32,000 nucleotides of DNA. Origin: Pirellulaceae bacterium. GTDB lineage: Bacteria > Planctomycetota > Planctomycetia > Pirellulales > Pirellulaceae. Of the stretch, positions 1-9,087 are shown piece after piece. The stretch covers positions 24,643 through 56,642 of the forward strand of contig JAUXWY010000270.1 in NCBI GenBank assembly GCA_030681235.1, read 5' to 3'. The notes below the pieces were generated by a model, which was given only the letters and a program-made list of their open reading frames with translations, was not told where the DNA came from and did no database searches. The translations under genes were made by a program, and so were the position numbers. Numbering within the stretch: position 1 is the first letter of the stretch; each line of letters starts with the position of its first letter.

Positions 1-2834
1 CCGAACCCGGATCGGCGACGGAGACCCGTGCGGCGGACGTTGTCTGGACGGCGCAATCGTTGGCGCATCGCTTGGCACCCGAACTCGCAAAATCCAACCC
101 GGCTCCGTCGATGAAGCGCATCTTGCAGTGGGCCTTGGATCTCGCCACTGGATTGACCGAGTTGCACGAACGAGACTTGGCTTTGGGGTATTGGAATCCC
201 ACAAGCGTGATGATCACTGCCAACAAACGAGCGGTCCTCTGCTCGTTGCCTGGTGCGTTCCTACAAACTCCGTTTCTCGCGAGCACTCTCTTCGATGGAG
301 CATCGCCGGCGGGTGATGCGAACTCCCTGCATCAAGCACTGGGTGAAGGAACGACGCCGAAGTCGACGTGGCTGCCACTCGATTTCCTACCGCCGGAGAT
401 TGTCGAACGGCTGGACCAATCCGAGGCGGCTCGAAGAGAAACGGCGATAAAGGAAGCGATCGGCGTAGTACGCGGTTGGGCGACTCCCGCGGCGGATTTG
501 TATTGTTTGGGCAGCCTGTTGACATTATTGTTCTCGGAGCCATCAGCAACGGAGACCTTCGAGCAAAGGCTAGGGGCAAAACGACGCTGTGAATCAAGGG
601 CTTTGCCCCCAACCGTTCCGGGGCCAATTCGTTTGCTGGTCGAGAAACTGATGTCTCCGAACCCGCTACTGCGCCCGGGAGCAACCGATGCGGTGCAAAG
701 TCTTCGCGGCCTTTTGAAACAGAGCGTCGAGCCGTCGCAGGCTTTGTTTGTGGTTTCGCCAGAGGCCAATCAACTTCGGAAAACGTGCCGAGAGTGGCCG
801 GGCACCCGCTGGACCAAAGACGTCGAGACCATCAAGGCCAGCGAGATTCCCGAACTGATTAAGACGGTGCAAGCCCCGGCGATTCTCATCAACACGTCGG
901 GCAGTACAGCCGAAAGCACCGCCGGGATCGAGGGGCCGACAGAGTTCGCCGGGAAAGATCCTTCGAATCCGAAGCCCTCAACAGGCGGGTTCCGTCAACG
1001 ACAGCGCCCGAAAAACTTCTGGTCCCCACCGATCATCGCCTGTTTCATTTCGGGAAGTGCGGCTCTCGTGGTTTTGGTTTGGTGGATCGTGGCTGGACCC
1101 GCGGGCACGGATTTGACGGAACGAGACGCCCCGAAGAAGGCGGATGTACCGCCACAGAATCCGGCGGACGTCGTTCCGAGTCAACCGATCGCCTGGAATC
1201 AAGAAGTTGTCCCCGACGACGGACGACTGTTGTGGGAGTCGCCGACCGTCGGCCTACCGTTGGACGTAAGCCATTTGCCAAACAATCCTTCCGGACTACT
1301 GATCCTGCATCAGGATTTCTGGAGGTCGGCTGAGGTTGATTCGCTGCTGAGGGCGCTGGAGGGACCCGTTCCGTCTGGCTACGCGGCCGCGATCCAGGCT
1401 TGGCGAGAGGCCTATCAGGTCGATGCGTTCACTCGGACTTCGATCGGCCAGTATCAGGCATTGGATCGGGTACATCACGTGTTCTTGTTGGAGGGCGAAC
1501 AGCCCGTCGAGGTCTCGCTGGCGGGTTGGAAGTTGATTGCTTGTTGTGAGATGCCCGCGATTGTCGCAACCGAACAAACCGAAGAAACCGAAGCGAAACC
1601 AGAGCTCTACCACTACCTATTGGCTCGGACGGCGGGCGAATCCGTCGAGGCGGCTTGGCTGCAGTTGGCAAAACCCTTGCCAACCGATTTGGCAGAAGGG
1701 CTCGCGACGGCTCCGACGGACAGTGTGTCAGAAGATACGTTCGATCCGACCCTTTCCGATATCGTACTGGACGAGCGAAAGCTTCCTGTCCAGCGGTTGC
1801 TGGTGGGGACAACGGCACTGGTTAGCTCGGCGGTTCAAAACCATGGACAAACGCAGTTCGCGGGAACCATGGCCAGTCTCCTGACTTTTTCGGACGAACA
1901 GCGACATTTGCAGCTGTTTATCAACCCCGTCACCGTCTGGAACGCTCAAGGCCAGGACTGGCTAGGAGGACGGTGGCAATGGTTGGGACAATGGATCAAG
2001 GATCGCATTCCTACGGCGGTGAGAATGCTGTATTTGTCGATCCATGTGTTGGACGGTGGGGAGACCTATGTCGAAGTGAAGGTGGTCGGCGATCGGGCCC
2101 GACCCGTCGGCGAAGTCTTGGGACCAATGTTGGACGATTTGTCGAACATGTCCGAGCCGGTCAAACGCAGCATGTTAGGACTGCCGCGAGTTCCCTATTG
2201 GGAGAACGCCTTGTTGCGTTACGACACCATGTTGCAGGACGTCGGCGGATTGACGCGAGCCGGTCAACACGATCGAGTGCCGACGCTCAACGCGTGGCTC
2301 CGACCCCGAGCCCTCAGTAACCTGTTGGCCACCACTGAGATCTACTTCATGGCCATTGGCGGAGGCGGAGGAGGAGGAGGAGCGACAGTCGCAAACAACC
2401 CATCGACCACGCCGACGACCTCGATGCCGAAGGATTTGGCCGAATTGTTGCGGTCCCCGCTGAGCTTGAATGTCCCCGAGCAGGATTTGATCAACGCATT
2501 GGTGGAATTGGAAACGGAAATCAAAACGGCACATCCCGAGCTGCCGTTTCAGTTCTCGATCGAGTTGGACGGCAATTCACTGCGGTTGGACGGGATCACT
2601 CAGAACCAAAAGATCACCAACTTCAATCAGCAGGACCAGTCCCTGGCCGAGATCTTGACCGCCTTGGTCTTGAAGGCCAACCCCGATCCAGCGGTCACCA
2701 GCGCGCGGGACCCGAAGTGCAAATTGATTTGGCTGATTGATCCGGCCCGGCCCGCGGGACAGATTAGGATCACGACCAGGGCGGCGGCCGAAGAAAACGG
2801 CTGGACATTGCCGCCCGAGCTCATGCCCGAATGA
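1..2834 (+). CDS. Membrane-anchored protein-kinase-like protein (probable pseudokinase); 5' end outside window
   Basis: The frame is open from nt 3 to the stop at 2832-2834, with no in-frame stop upstream of the TTG at 60. The N-terminus (kinase N-lobe) therefore probably lies left of the window. nt 165-200 encode HERDLALGYWNP, which aligns with the kinase catalytic loop HRDLKPxN with the Lys replaced. The position expected for DFG reads CSLPGAF (nt 240-260). LPPEIV aligns with APE. There is one hydrophobic helix, PPIIACFISGSAALVVLVWWIVAG (~nt 1026-1097), followed by ~580 aa I cannot assign to a named family. Confidence 0.6.
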   Translation, partial: EPGSATETRAADVVWTAQSLAHRLAPELAKSNPAPSMKRILQWALDLATGLTELHERDLALGYWNPTSVMITANKRAVLCSLPGAFLQTPFLASTLFDGASPAGDANSLHQALGEGTTPKSTWLPLDFLPPEIVERLDQSEAARRETAIKEAIGVVRGWATPAADLYCLGSLLTLLFSEPSATETFEQRLGAKRRCESRALPPTVPGPIRLLVEKLMSPNPLLRPGATDAVQSLRGLLKQSVEPSQALFVVSPEANQLRKTCREWPGTRWTKDVETIKASEIPELIKTVQAPAILINTSGSTAESTAGIEGPTEFAGKDPSNPKPSTGGFRQRQRPKNFWSPPIIACFISGSAALVVLVWWIVAGPAGTDLTERDAPKKADVPPQNPADVVPSQPIAWNQEVVPDDGRLLWESPTVGLPLDVSHLPNNPSGLLILHQDFWRSAEVDSLLRALEGPVPSGYAAAIQAWREAYQVDAFTRTSIGQYQALDRVHHVFLLEGEQPVEVSLAGWKLIACCEMPAIVATEQTEETEAKPELYHYLLARTAGESVEAAWLQLAKPLPTDLAEGLATAPTDSVSEDTFDPTLSDIVLDERKLPVQRLLVGTTALVSSAVQNHGQTQFAGTMASLLTFSDEQRHLQLFINPVTVWNAQGQDWLGGRWQWLGQWIKDRIPTAVRMLYLSIHVLDGGETYVEVKVVGDRARPVGEVLGPMLDDLSNMSEPVKRSMLGLPRVPYWENALLRYDTMLQDVGGLTRAGQHDRVPTLNAWLRPRALSNLLATTEIYFMAIGGGGGGGGATVANNPSTTPTTSMPKDLAELLRSPLSLNVPEQDLINALVELETEIKTAHPELPFQFSIELDGNSLRLDGITQNQKITNFNQQDQSLAEILTALVLKANPDPAVTSARDPKCKLIWLIDPARPAGQIRITTRAAAEENGWTLPPELMPE
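2358..2381 (+). repeat. Run of eight consecutive glycine codons (GGC GGA GGC GGA GGA GGA GGA GGA)
   Basis: Read directly from the sequence. It encodes GGGGGGGG, followed by a Thr/Pro/Ser-rich stretch, and looks like a flexible linker in front of the last ~150 aa of the kinase-like protein. Confidence 0.9.
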
Positions 2835-2897
2835 GATCCGCTCGAGCCAAGACACGTAAGTCTGGGCCTCGGGTGGGTGAAACCAACGGAGCATGGA

Positions 2898-2922
2898 ACG
2901 ACCCATTCGAAAAATGGGTCGT
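2898..2922 (+). terminator. Candidate intrinsic terminator after the kinase-like gene
   Basis: Perfect 10-bp inverted repeat ACGACCCATT / AATGGGTCGT (2898-2907 and 2913-2922) with a 5-nt loop, 64 nt after the stop at 2834. A T-rich stretch (GTCGTTATTCTTT) follows a few nt later, so the U-tract is not immediately adjacent. Confidence 0.35.
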
Positions 2923-2991
2923 GGTCGTTATTCTTTAACGGATGACGGAAGTCATTCCCTGCCTGGCCATTCCCTCTCCCATGTGTCGGAC

Positions 2992-4605
2992 ATGACTGAA
3001 AAGAAACTATACATCGAAACGGTCGGCTGCCAGATGAATATTCTGGACAGCGAAATGGTCGTGGCCAGCCTGCGGCGGGAAGGGTACGTGCTGACGGATT
3101 CGACAGCCGATGCGGACACGGTCCTTTTTAATACCTGCAGCGTCCGTCAACATGCGGAAGACAAGATCTATAGCGCTCTCGGACGATTGCGACAGCATAA
3201 ACTGAAGCACCCCGAACAGATCATCGGTGTCATGGGCTGCATGGCCCAGAAAGATCAGCAGCTGATCTTTCAACGAGCCCCCTACGTTGACTTTATTGTG
3301 GGACCTGGCCAATTGCGGCAAGTTCCCGAGTTGATTCGCCAATCGCAGACCCAACCCGGCGGCCAACACATCGCCATCAGCAAAGAGCGAACGGATGGCT
3401 CCACCGATACGATCAAACGGAGTCACGAGACGTTTGACCCGCTGCGTGATCCCACGATGCGACCAACTCCGTTCCAGGCATATTTGCGAATCCAAATCGG
3501 TTGCGACAAGTTTTGCACGTATTGCATAGTGCCGATGACGCGCGGGCCAGAGCAGGGTCGCGATCCGCAGTCGATTTACGAGGAAGCCAAAATCTTGGCG
3601 GACCAAGGCGCGAAAGAAATCACACTTTTGGGCCAGACCGTCAATAGCTACAAATACCAAAATGCCGATGGGATCACTCGGTTTAGCGATTTGTTGTACA
3701 AATTGCACGACATCGAAGGCTTGCGTCGGATCAAATTCGTCACCAACTATCCCAAGGACATGACCGAAGACGTCCTGATGGCGGTTCGCGACTTGCCGAA
3801 GGTATCGAATTATCTTCATGTTCCGCTACAAAGCGGCAGCAACGATGTGCTGAAGCGAATGAAACGCGGTTACACCGTCGAGGACTATCGCGAGATGATG
3901 CACCGAATCCGCGAATGGTTGCCGACGGGCTCGGTTAGTAGCGACTTCATTGTGGGCTTCAGTGGTGAAACGGACGCGGAGTTCCAGATGACCTGCGATG
4001 TCGTCCGAGAGTTTCGCTTCAAGAATAGCTTCATTTTCAAATACAGCGAGCGGCCGGGTACGGTCGGCGCCAAACGCTACGTCGACGACATCAGTGAAGA
4101 AGTCAAGAAACGCCGCAACAACGAACTATTGGCCATCCAGAATCAAATTAGCGAAGAAGACAATCATGTTTTCTTGGGCCGTACGGTCGAGATTCTGGTA
4201 GAAGGTCCCAGCAAGTGGAGCGAAAAAGGCAAGAGTTCGCCGTCCGGACCAACGTCTTCCGTCGGTGAATCCACACCAGCTCCCGAGGGGCATTTGGCAG
4301 CGGCCGACTCGGACAACCAATGGTCATTGGGACAACCCGGCGCGGCGTCCGAGGGTTGGAATGGCCATGAAGCGACAAACGATTTGGCGGCGGCTAATCC
4401 AACGCCGGCGGCGAAAACGGAAGACGAACAACACCTCATCCAATTGACCGGCCGCACGCTTTGCGATCGCATCGTTGTGTTTCAAGGCCAAACTCGCTTG
4501 ATTGGCCAGTTCGTCGACATTGGCATTTACGATGTGTCGCCGTTCACTTTGTTGGGAACGATCTTGACCCATCACCAGACCCCGCAACTCATGCAGTTGC
4601 AGTAA
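2992..4605 (+). CDS. miaB: tRNA-2-methylthio-N6-dimethylallyladenosine synthase (MiaB-type radical-SAM methylthiotransferase)
   Basis: N-terminal MTTase domain (KKLYIETVGCQMN ... FNTCSVR). Radical-SAM CxxxCxxC motif as GCDKFCTYCIVP. TRAM-like C-terminus (LTGRT...GQFVDIGIYD). The start is set at ATG 2992 (MTEKKLYIE). The ORF-track extension 2893-2991 has no homologous look and contains the 2898-2922 hairpin. Confidence 0.9.
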   Translation: MTEKKLYIETVGCQMNILDSEMVVASLRREGYVLTDSTADADTVLFNTCSVRQHAEDKIYSALGRLRQHKLKHPEQIIGVMGCMAQKDQQLIFQRAPYVDFIVGPGQLRQVPELIRQSQTQPGGQHIAISKERTDGSTDTIKRSHETFDPLRDPTMRPTPFQAYLRIQIGCDKFCTYCIVPMTRGPEQGRDPQSIYEEAKILADQGAKEITLLGQTVNSYKYQNADGITRFSDLLYKLHDIEGLRRIKFVTNYPKDMTEDVLMAVRDLPKVSNYLHVPLQSGSNDVLKRMKRGYTVEDYREMMHRIREWLPTGSVSSDFIVGFSGETDAEFQMTCDVVREFRFKNSFIFKYSERPGTVGAKRYVDDISEEVKKRRNNELLAIQNQISEEDNHVFLGRTVEILVEGPSKWSEKGKSSPSGPTSSVGESTPAPEGHLAAADSDNQWSLGQPGAASEGWNGHEATNDLAAANPTPAAKTEDEQHLIQLTGRTLCDRIVVFQGQTRLIGQFVDIGIYDVSPFTLLGTILTHHQTPQLMQLQ

Positions 4606-4631
4606 CCGTTTAGATCGGCGATCAACCGCTC

Positions 4632-5438
4632 ATGAAGACATTGATCCTGCGTGGACCAGGGACCAATTGCGACCAAGAAACTGCCTACGCGTTCCAATTG
4701 GCCGGTAGCGAAACCGAAACGCTCCATCTCAATCAACTTCTGGCGCAACCCTCACGCTTGCACGACTTCCAAGTGATGTGTCTGCCGGGCGGGTTCAGCT
4801 TTGGCGATGACTTGGGTGCCGGACGAGTCTTCGGATACAAGCTGGAGCAACAACTGGGCGAGATCCTGCGACAGTTCCATGACGACGGCAAGTTGATCTT
4901 GGGGATCTGCAACGGCTTCCAGATTTTGCTGAGCTGTGGACTGTTGGTGTCGCCGCGCGCGGATGGAGTTCGCCGAGCCACGCTGGCCACCAACGACTGT
5001 GGGCACTTCTTGAATCGGTGGGTGTATTTGGAGACGGCGTCCTCCTGTTGTGTTTTCCTGAAGGGAATTCAACGGATGGTCATGCCAATGGCCCACGCTG
5101 AAGGGAAGTTCTTGACCGACGGACCGGAAACGACAGCGGAACTGGTGGCACAGGATCAAATGGCATTGCGTTACGTGGGCCCGCGACCCGACGAACCCTC
5201 GTTGGGTGATTGGCCCGCGAACCCCAACGGCTCCTTGCAGGATCTGGCCGGAATTAGCGATTCTTCGGGGCGAATTCTTGGGCTGATGCCACATCCGGAG
5301 CGTCACATCACAAGAACACAACATTTTCAGTGGACTCGATTGGCGGCCCGTGGGCTGAGCGAGGAGACTTCCTGGCCGGCGGATTGGGCCCAAGATGGAC
5401 TGGGCGTCTTTCGTAACGCGGTGGAATATTTTCGGTAG
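4632..5438 (+). CDS. purQ: Phosphoribosylformylglycinamidine synthase, glutamine amidotransferase subunit
   Basis: Collinear with PurQ: GPGTNCD, LPGGFSFGDD, nucleophile Cys in GICNGFQIL, AHAEGKF, NPNGS...IAGI, MPHPER. Starts 26 nt after the miaB stop. Confidence 0.85.
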   Translation: MKTLILRGPGTNCDQETAYAFQLAGSETETLHLNQLLAQPSRLHDFQVMCLPGGFSFGDDLGAGRVFGYKLEQQLGEILRQFHDDGKLILGICNGFQILLSCGLLVSPRADGVRRATLATNDCGHFLNRWVYLETASSCCVFLKGIQRMVMPMAHAEGKFLTDGPETTAELVAQDQMALRYVGPRPDEPSLGDWPANPNGSLQDLAGISDSSGRILGLMPHPERHITRTQHFQWTRLAARGLSEETSWPADWAQDGLGVFRNAVEYFR

Positions 5439-5447
5439 GTGAGAGGA

Positions 5448-7631
5448 ATGAACGAGATCAAAAAGCCAGAGCCGGATCAACTGTTGAATCGCGAGATGAG
5501 TTGGTTGGAGTTCAACCAGCGAGTGCTCAATCAGGCCCAAGATCCGGCGAATCCCTTGCTGGAGCGCGTCAAGTTTCTGGCGATAACCGGTTCCAATCTC
5601 GATGAGTTCTTCATGGTGCGGATTGGAAGTTTGCAGATACTAATTGGGTCCAAACACGAACGACCCGACGTGACCGGCTATCGCCCGCAAAAATTGCTGC
5701 AAGTCGCCGGTGATCGTGTTCGACGGTTGATGGCCGAACAGTACCAATGTTTTGAACAACTTCAAGCGGGTTTGCTTCAGCATGGCATCACGCAACTGGA
5801 ACCCGATCGGTGGTCGCGAAAACAGCAGGCTTTTTTGCGTCATTGGTTCGAAGAAAACGTCGTTCCGTTGATCAGTCCCATTGCGATCGATCAACCGCAG
5901 AATTTTCCGTTGTTGAACGATTCGGAAATGGCTTTGGCCGTTCAATTGGACTGGGATCCAACCAAGATGTTGGGCGGTGACTGGCATCAGCCTTCCGAAG
6001 CGTCTTCGGCCGAAGAGCAACCAAAACGACGCTATGCGATCCTGCCGTTGGGCCGAAAGTTGGACCGTTTTGTGACGGTCCCGGTCGATGGTGGCCATGG
6101 GTACGCGCTATTGGAGTCGGTGGTTAAGAAATTTATTGGCGATTTTTTTCCTGGGCAAGTCATCCGCGACTGCACCGCGTTTCGGATCACGCGAAATGCC
6201 GACATGCGAGTCGACGAAGACGGAGCTTTTGATTTATTGCATGGGATGCAGGAAATTTTGGCCGAGCGAAAAGAGAGCAGCTGCGTCCGGCTGGAGCTGG
6301 AAGCTTCGGTCGACTCGGCGACGCGCGAATTCCTGATGCAATGCCTGCATGTCGATGGCTTGCACGTGTTTGAAACTCATGGCCCGATCCGCTTGAAGGA
6401 TTGGTTCAAGATTGCTGGCTTGCCTGGGAACGATGGCTTGAAATTTGAGACCTGGTCGCCACAGGATTCACCCTGTTTTTCGGTCGATCGAAACATCTTT
6501 GATGTGATTCGCGATGCGGATCGGATCTTGTTGCATCCCTATCAAGCCTACGATCCCGTCGTACGGTTCTTGGAGACGGCAGCGGAAGACCCGGATGTAT
6601 TGGCCATCAAACAAACTTTGTATCGGACCAGCAGCCGCAGTCAAATCGTCAAAGCGTTGGAACGAGCGGCGTTGAATCAAAAGCACGTGACGGCCATCGT
6701 GGAACTCAAAGCTCGTTTTGACGAGGAACGCAACATCAAATGGGCGCGAAGTTTGGAACAGGCCGGCGTCAATGTCATTTATGGTGTGCGCGGGCTGAAG
6801 ACTCACGCCAAAATCTGCGTCGTGGTCCGGCGCGACCCGGACGGTATTCGGCAATACTGCCACATTGCCACCGGAAACTACAATGAAGCCACGTCGACAC
6901 TCTATTCGGATCTGAGTTATTTCACATGCAACGACGTCATCGGTGGAGACGCCATCAACTTCTTCAATGCCGTCGCGGGCATGTCGATCCCGCAGCCTCT
7001 TCAGAAACTAGCGATGGCTCCGTTGGGCTTGCGACAACGGCTCCTGGAAATGATCATGGTGGAGGCGCAAAATGCTTCCAATGATTTGCCCAGTGGGATT
7101 CGCCTCAAAGTTAATTCGTTGGTGGACACGACGCTGATCGGAGCTTTGTATCAAGCCAGCCAAGCCGGAGTGCCTATCGACTTGAACGTGCGTGGTATTT
7201 GCTGCTTGCGGCCGGGAGTCCCAGGACTCAGCGACAAAATCAATGTCACCAGCATTGTTGATCGATACCTCGAACACTCGCGAATCTTCTACTTTCATCA
7301 CGGTGGCGACCGGCGAGTGTTCATTTCCAGCGCCGACATGATGGCCCGCAACTTGGATCGACGCATCGAACTGTTGACCCCGATTGAAGACGAAACCTGC
7401 AAGCGTCATTTGCTCGATATGTTGGACTATTATTTTCGGGATAATGTCAAAGCCAAGCGACTTCTGCCCGATGGTTCTTACGTGCCGGTGCTACCGGGAG
7501 ATCAACCTGAGTTCCACTGCCAGAAACAATTATACAAATACGCGGTCCAGCAACGCTCCGAGCAATTCACCGCCGAAACCTCCATGTTTCACTCGCATCG
7601 GCGCGATACCGAATTGGGGATTTTCTCGTAG
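5448..7631 (+). CDS. ppk: Polyphosphate kinase 1
   Basis: N-terminal signature LNREMSWLEFNQRVL...RVKFLAITGSNLDEFFMVR, phospho-His loop RGLKTHAKI, and two PLD-like C-terminal domains (…VDRYLEHSRIFYF…). ATG 5448 is preferred over the GTG at 5439, which directly abuts the purQ stop at 5436-5438. Confidence 0.92.
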   Translation: MNEIKKPEPDQLLNREMSWLEFNQRVLNQAQDPANPLLERVKFLAITGSNLDEFFMVRIGSLQILIGSKHERPDVTGYRPQKLLQVAGDRVRRLMAEQYQCFEQLQAGLLQHGITQLEPDRWSRKQQAFLRHWFEENVVPLISPIAIDQPQNFPLLNDSEMALAVQLDWDPTKMLGGDWHQPSEASSAEEQPKRRYAILPLGRKLDRFVTVPVDGGHGYALLESVVKKFIGDFFPGQVIRDCTAFRITRNADMRVDEDGAFDLLHGMQEILAERKESSCVRLELEASVDSATREFLMQCLHVDGLHVFETHGPIRLKDWFKIAGLPGNDGLKFETWSPQDSPCFSVDRNIFDVIRDADRILLHPYQAYDPVVRFLETAAEDPDVLAIKQTLYRTSSRSQIVKALERAALNQKHVTAIVELKARFDEERNIKWARSLEQAGVNVIYGVRGLKTHAKICVVVRRDPDGIRQYCHIATGNYNEATSTLYSDLSYFTCNDVIGGDAINFFNAVAGMSIPQPLQKLAMAPLGLRQRLLEMIMVEAQNASNDLPSGIRLKVNSLVDTTLIGALYQASQAGVPIDLNVRGICCLRPGVPGLSDKINVTSIVDRYLEHSRIFYFHHGGDRRVFISSADMMARNLDRRIELLTPIEDETCKRHLLDMLDYYFRDNVKAKRLLPDGSYVPVLPGDQPEFHCQKQLYKYAVQQRSEQFTAETSMFHSHRRDTELGIFS

Positions 7632-7948
7632 CAAAACTCAATGAGCGAACCGTTACGGGAAGTTGGGCAATGCGCCCAGAACTTTCAACGGCTGACGGCG
7701 AAACTGAAATAGGCCGAGTAACTTCCGGACGCTTGCGAGAATCGGCGGTCTTTACGTGCTGCCAATTTGCAACTAAATTGCAAATAATCCGGCCTGGGAA
7801 TGGGGGCGGGAGTCCCTGGTGGGCCGCACCCGCTGGGGCTGATGTAGCGATCGACTCCTGCACCCGTTCCTGACTGACGATTCGAGTCTTGTTGGTGGAA
7901 GGCCAATTCAGAATTTCTCTGATTGGCGTCCCGAATTTGAGAAAATAC

Positions 7949-8923
7949 ATGAGCCATGCTGCCGTACAAAAGACGTCCGATTCACACGACGAGTACCATT
8001 TTGCCCTGGATCAGTTGCGACAGAGGCTTAACGCGACTTTGGTGGGCAAGTCCGATGTGATCGAGTTGGTCTTGGTGTGCTTGTTGGCACGCGGCCACTT
8101 GTTGTTCGACGACTTGCCGGGATTGGGAAAAACCACTTTGGCCAAGGCGATTGCAAACGGCATCGGAGCCAAGTTTTCGCGAGTTCAATGCACCCCAGAT
8201 CTCTTGCCCGCCGACATCACCGGTTTCAACGTCTTCAATCAAAAGGACCGGGAATTCGAATTTCGCCCGGGACCTTTGTTTGCCGACATTTTGTTGACGG
8301 ATGAAATCAACCGGACCACACCGCGTACCCAAAGTGCCTTGTTTGAGGCCATGGCGGAACGACAAGTCACGATCGATAGCCAATCGCTTCCATTAAGCCC
8401 CTCGTTTTTTGTCATCGCTACGCAAAATCCCGTTGAAAGTCACGGAGCGTATCCGCTGCCCGAAGCCCAATTGGATCGGTTCACCATGCGTTTGAGTATT
8501 GGGTACCCGGACCGGGCATTTGAAGTACTGATGTTGGACCGAAACATCGAGGGTCAGGCTGCCGGCACGTCAAATGCGTCCGGCGAACCCGCCATCTTGC
8601 CATTGGCAATGTTGAGCGAGCTTCAGCACCAAGTGGCCGCCATCGCCGTGCATGAAAACTTGCGAGGTTATCTGATCGACTTGTGTCGGGTGACTCGGCA
8701 ACACCGGGATGTTCCGATGGGTATTAGTCCGCGCGGAGCGATCACCTGGATGCGATGTGCTCAGGCGAGCGCGTATTTGTCGGGGCGGCGGTTCGTTATC
8801 CCCGACGACATCCAGCGGGTCGCACCGGCGGTCTTATCTCTGCGTTTGAGTCCTTTTTCGGAGAAACCCGAAGCGTTTGTGCAGAAACTGTTACAAGCGG
8901 TGCCCGTGCCCATTTCCCCTTGA
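7949..8923 (+). CDS. MoxR-family AAA+ ATPase
   Basis: Walker A DLPGLGKTTLAK, Walker B ILLTDEINR, FFVIATQNP, and the PEAQLDRF motif typical of MoxR/AAA_3. The start is set at ATG 7949 (MSHAAVQK) rather than 7889. Confidence 0.9.
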   Translation: MSHAAVQKTSDSHDEYHFALDQLRQRLNATLVGKSDVIELVLVCLLARGHLLFDDLPGLGKTTLAKAIANGIGAKFSRVQCTPDLLPADITGFNVFNQKDREFEFRPGPLFADILLTDEINRTTPRTQSALFEAMAERQVTIDSQSLPLSPSFFVIATQNPVESHGAYPLPEAQLDRFTMRLSIGYPDRAFEVLMLDRNIEGQAAGTSNASGEPAILPLAMLSELQHQVAAIAVHENLRGYLIDLCRVTRQHRDVPMGISPRGAITWMRCAQASAYLSGRRFVIPDDIQRVAPAVLSLRLSPFSEKPEAFVQKLLQAVPVPISP

Positions 8924-8969
8924 AACGCCCCGTTTCTGAATCCGTTCGTGGTGATACCCCACGACTAAT

Positions 8970-9087
8970 CGGTCTGTTGATTTAGTCGTTTAACAGTCAG
9001 CCGCAGGCGTACTCGTACGGTGGCGAGTACGCCTGCGGCTGACTGTTAAACACTAATTTCGCCAACAGATACTAAATCAACAGACCG
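8970..9087. repeat. 118-bp nested palindromic element (MITE/REP-like) flanked by TAAT direct repeats
   Basis: Outer perfect 16-bp inverted repeat CGGTCTGTTGATTTAG (8970-8985) / CTAAATCAACAGACCG (9072-9087). Inner perfect 28-bp stem (8988-9015 pairs with 9024-9051) with the 8-nt loop TACGGTGG. TAAT lies immediately outside both ends (8966-8969 and 9088-9091). The element sits in the 284-nt gap after the MoxR gene. Confidence 0.7.

Noticed and set aside
2358-2381. The Gly-codon run as a possible phase-variation (contingency) tract.
   Set aside because: It is a mixed GGC/GGA triplet run of only eight codons. Slippage would stay in frame, so it is more simply a flexible linker.
2893-2991. N-terminal extensions offered by the ORF track: miaB from 2893, transglutaminase-like gene from 14027, TIGR03545-like gene from 31644, MoxR from 7889 and the SGNH hydrolase from 21340.
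   Set aside because: The extensions are non-homologous, overlap the upstream gene or a hairpin, and internal ATGs give N-termini that match the family or produce classic ATGA/TAATG coupling.
3007-3819. 270-aa ORF antisense to miaB. Similar long antisense ORFs occur at 4752-5540 (opposite purQ), 12459-13139 (opposite the transglutaminase-like gene), and 17522-18397, 20012-20656 and 20975-21616 (opposite the RTX gene).
   Set aside because: Each lies wholly opposite a gene with strong family-level motifs. Their translations are Arg/Gly/Val-rich with no recognisable motifs, the usual shadow-ORF pattern in GC-rich DNA.
7765-7785. AT-rich inverted repeat ATTTGCAA-N5-TTGCAAAT, and the bulged repeat CCAATTCAGA/TCTGATTGG at 7903-7926, upstream of MoxR, as operator sites.
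   Set aside because: They are short (8-9 bp), one is imperfect, and there is no adjacent regulator gene or second copy to support a binding-site interpretation. I note them only as possibilities.
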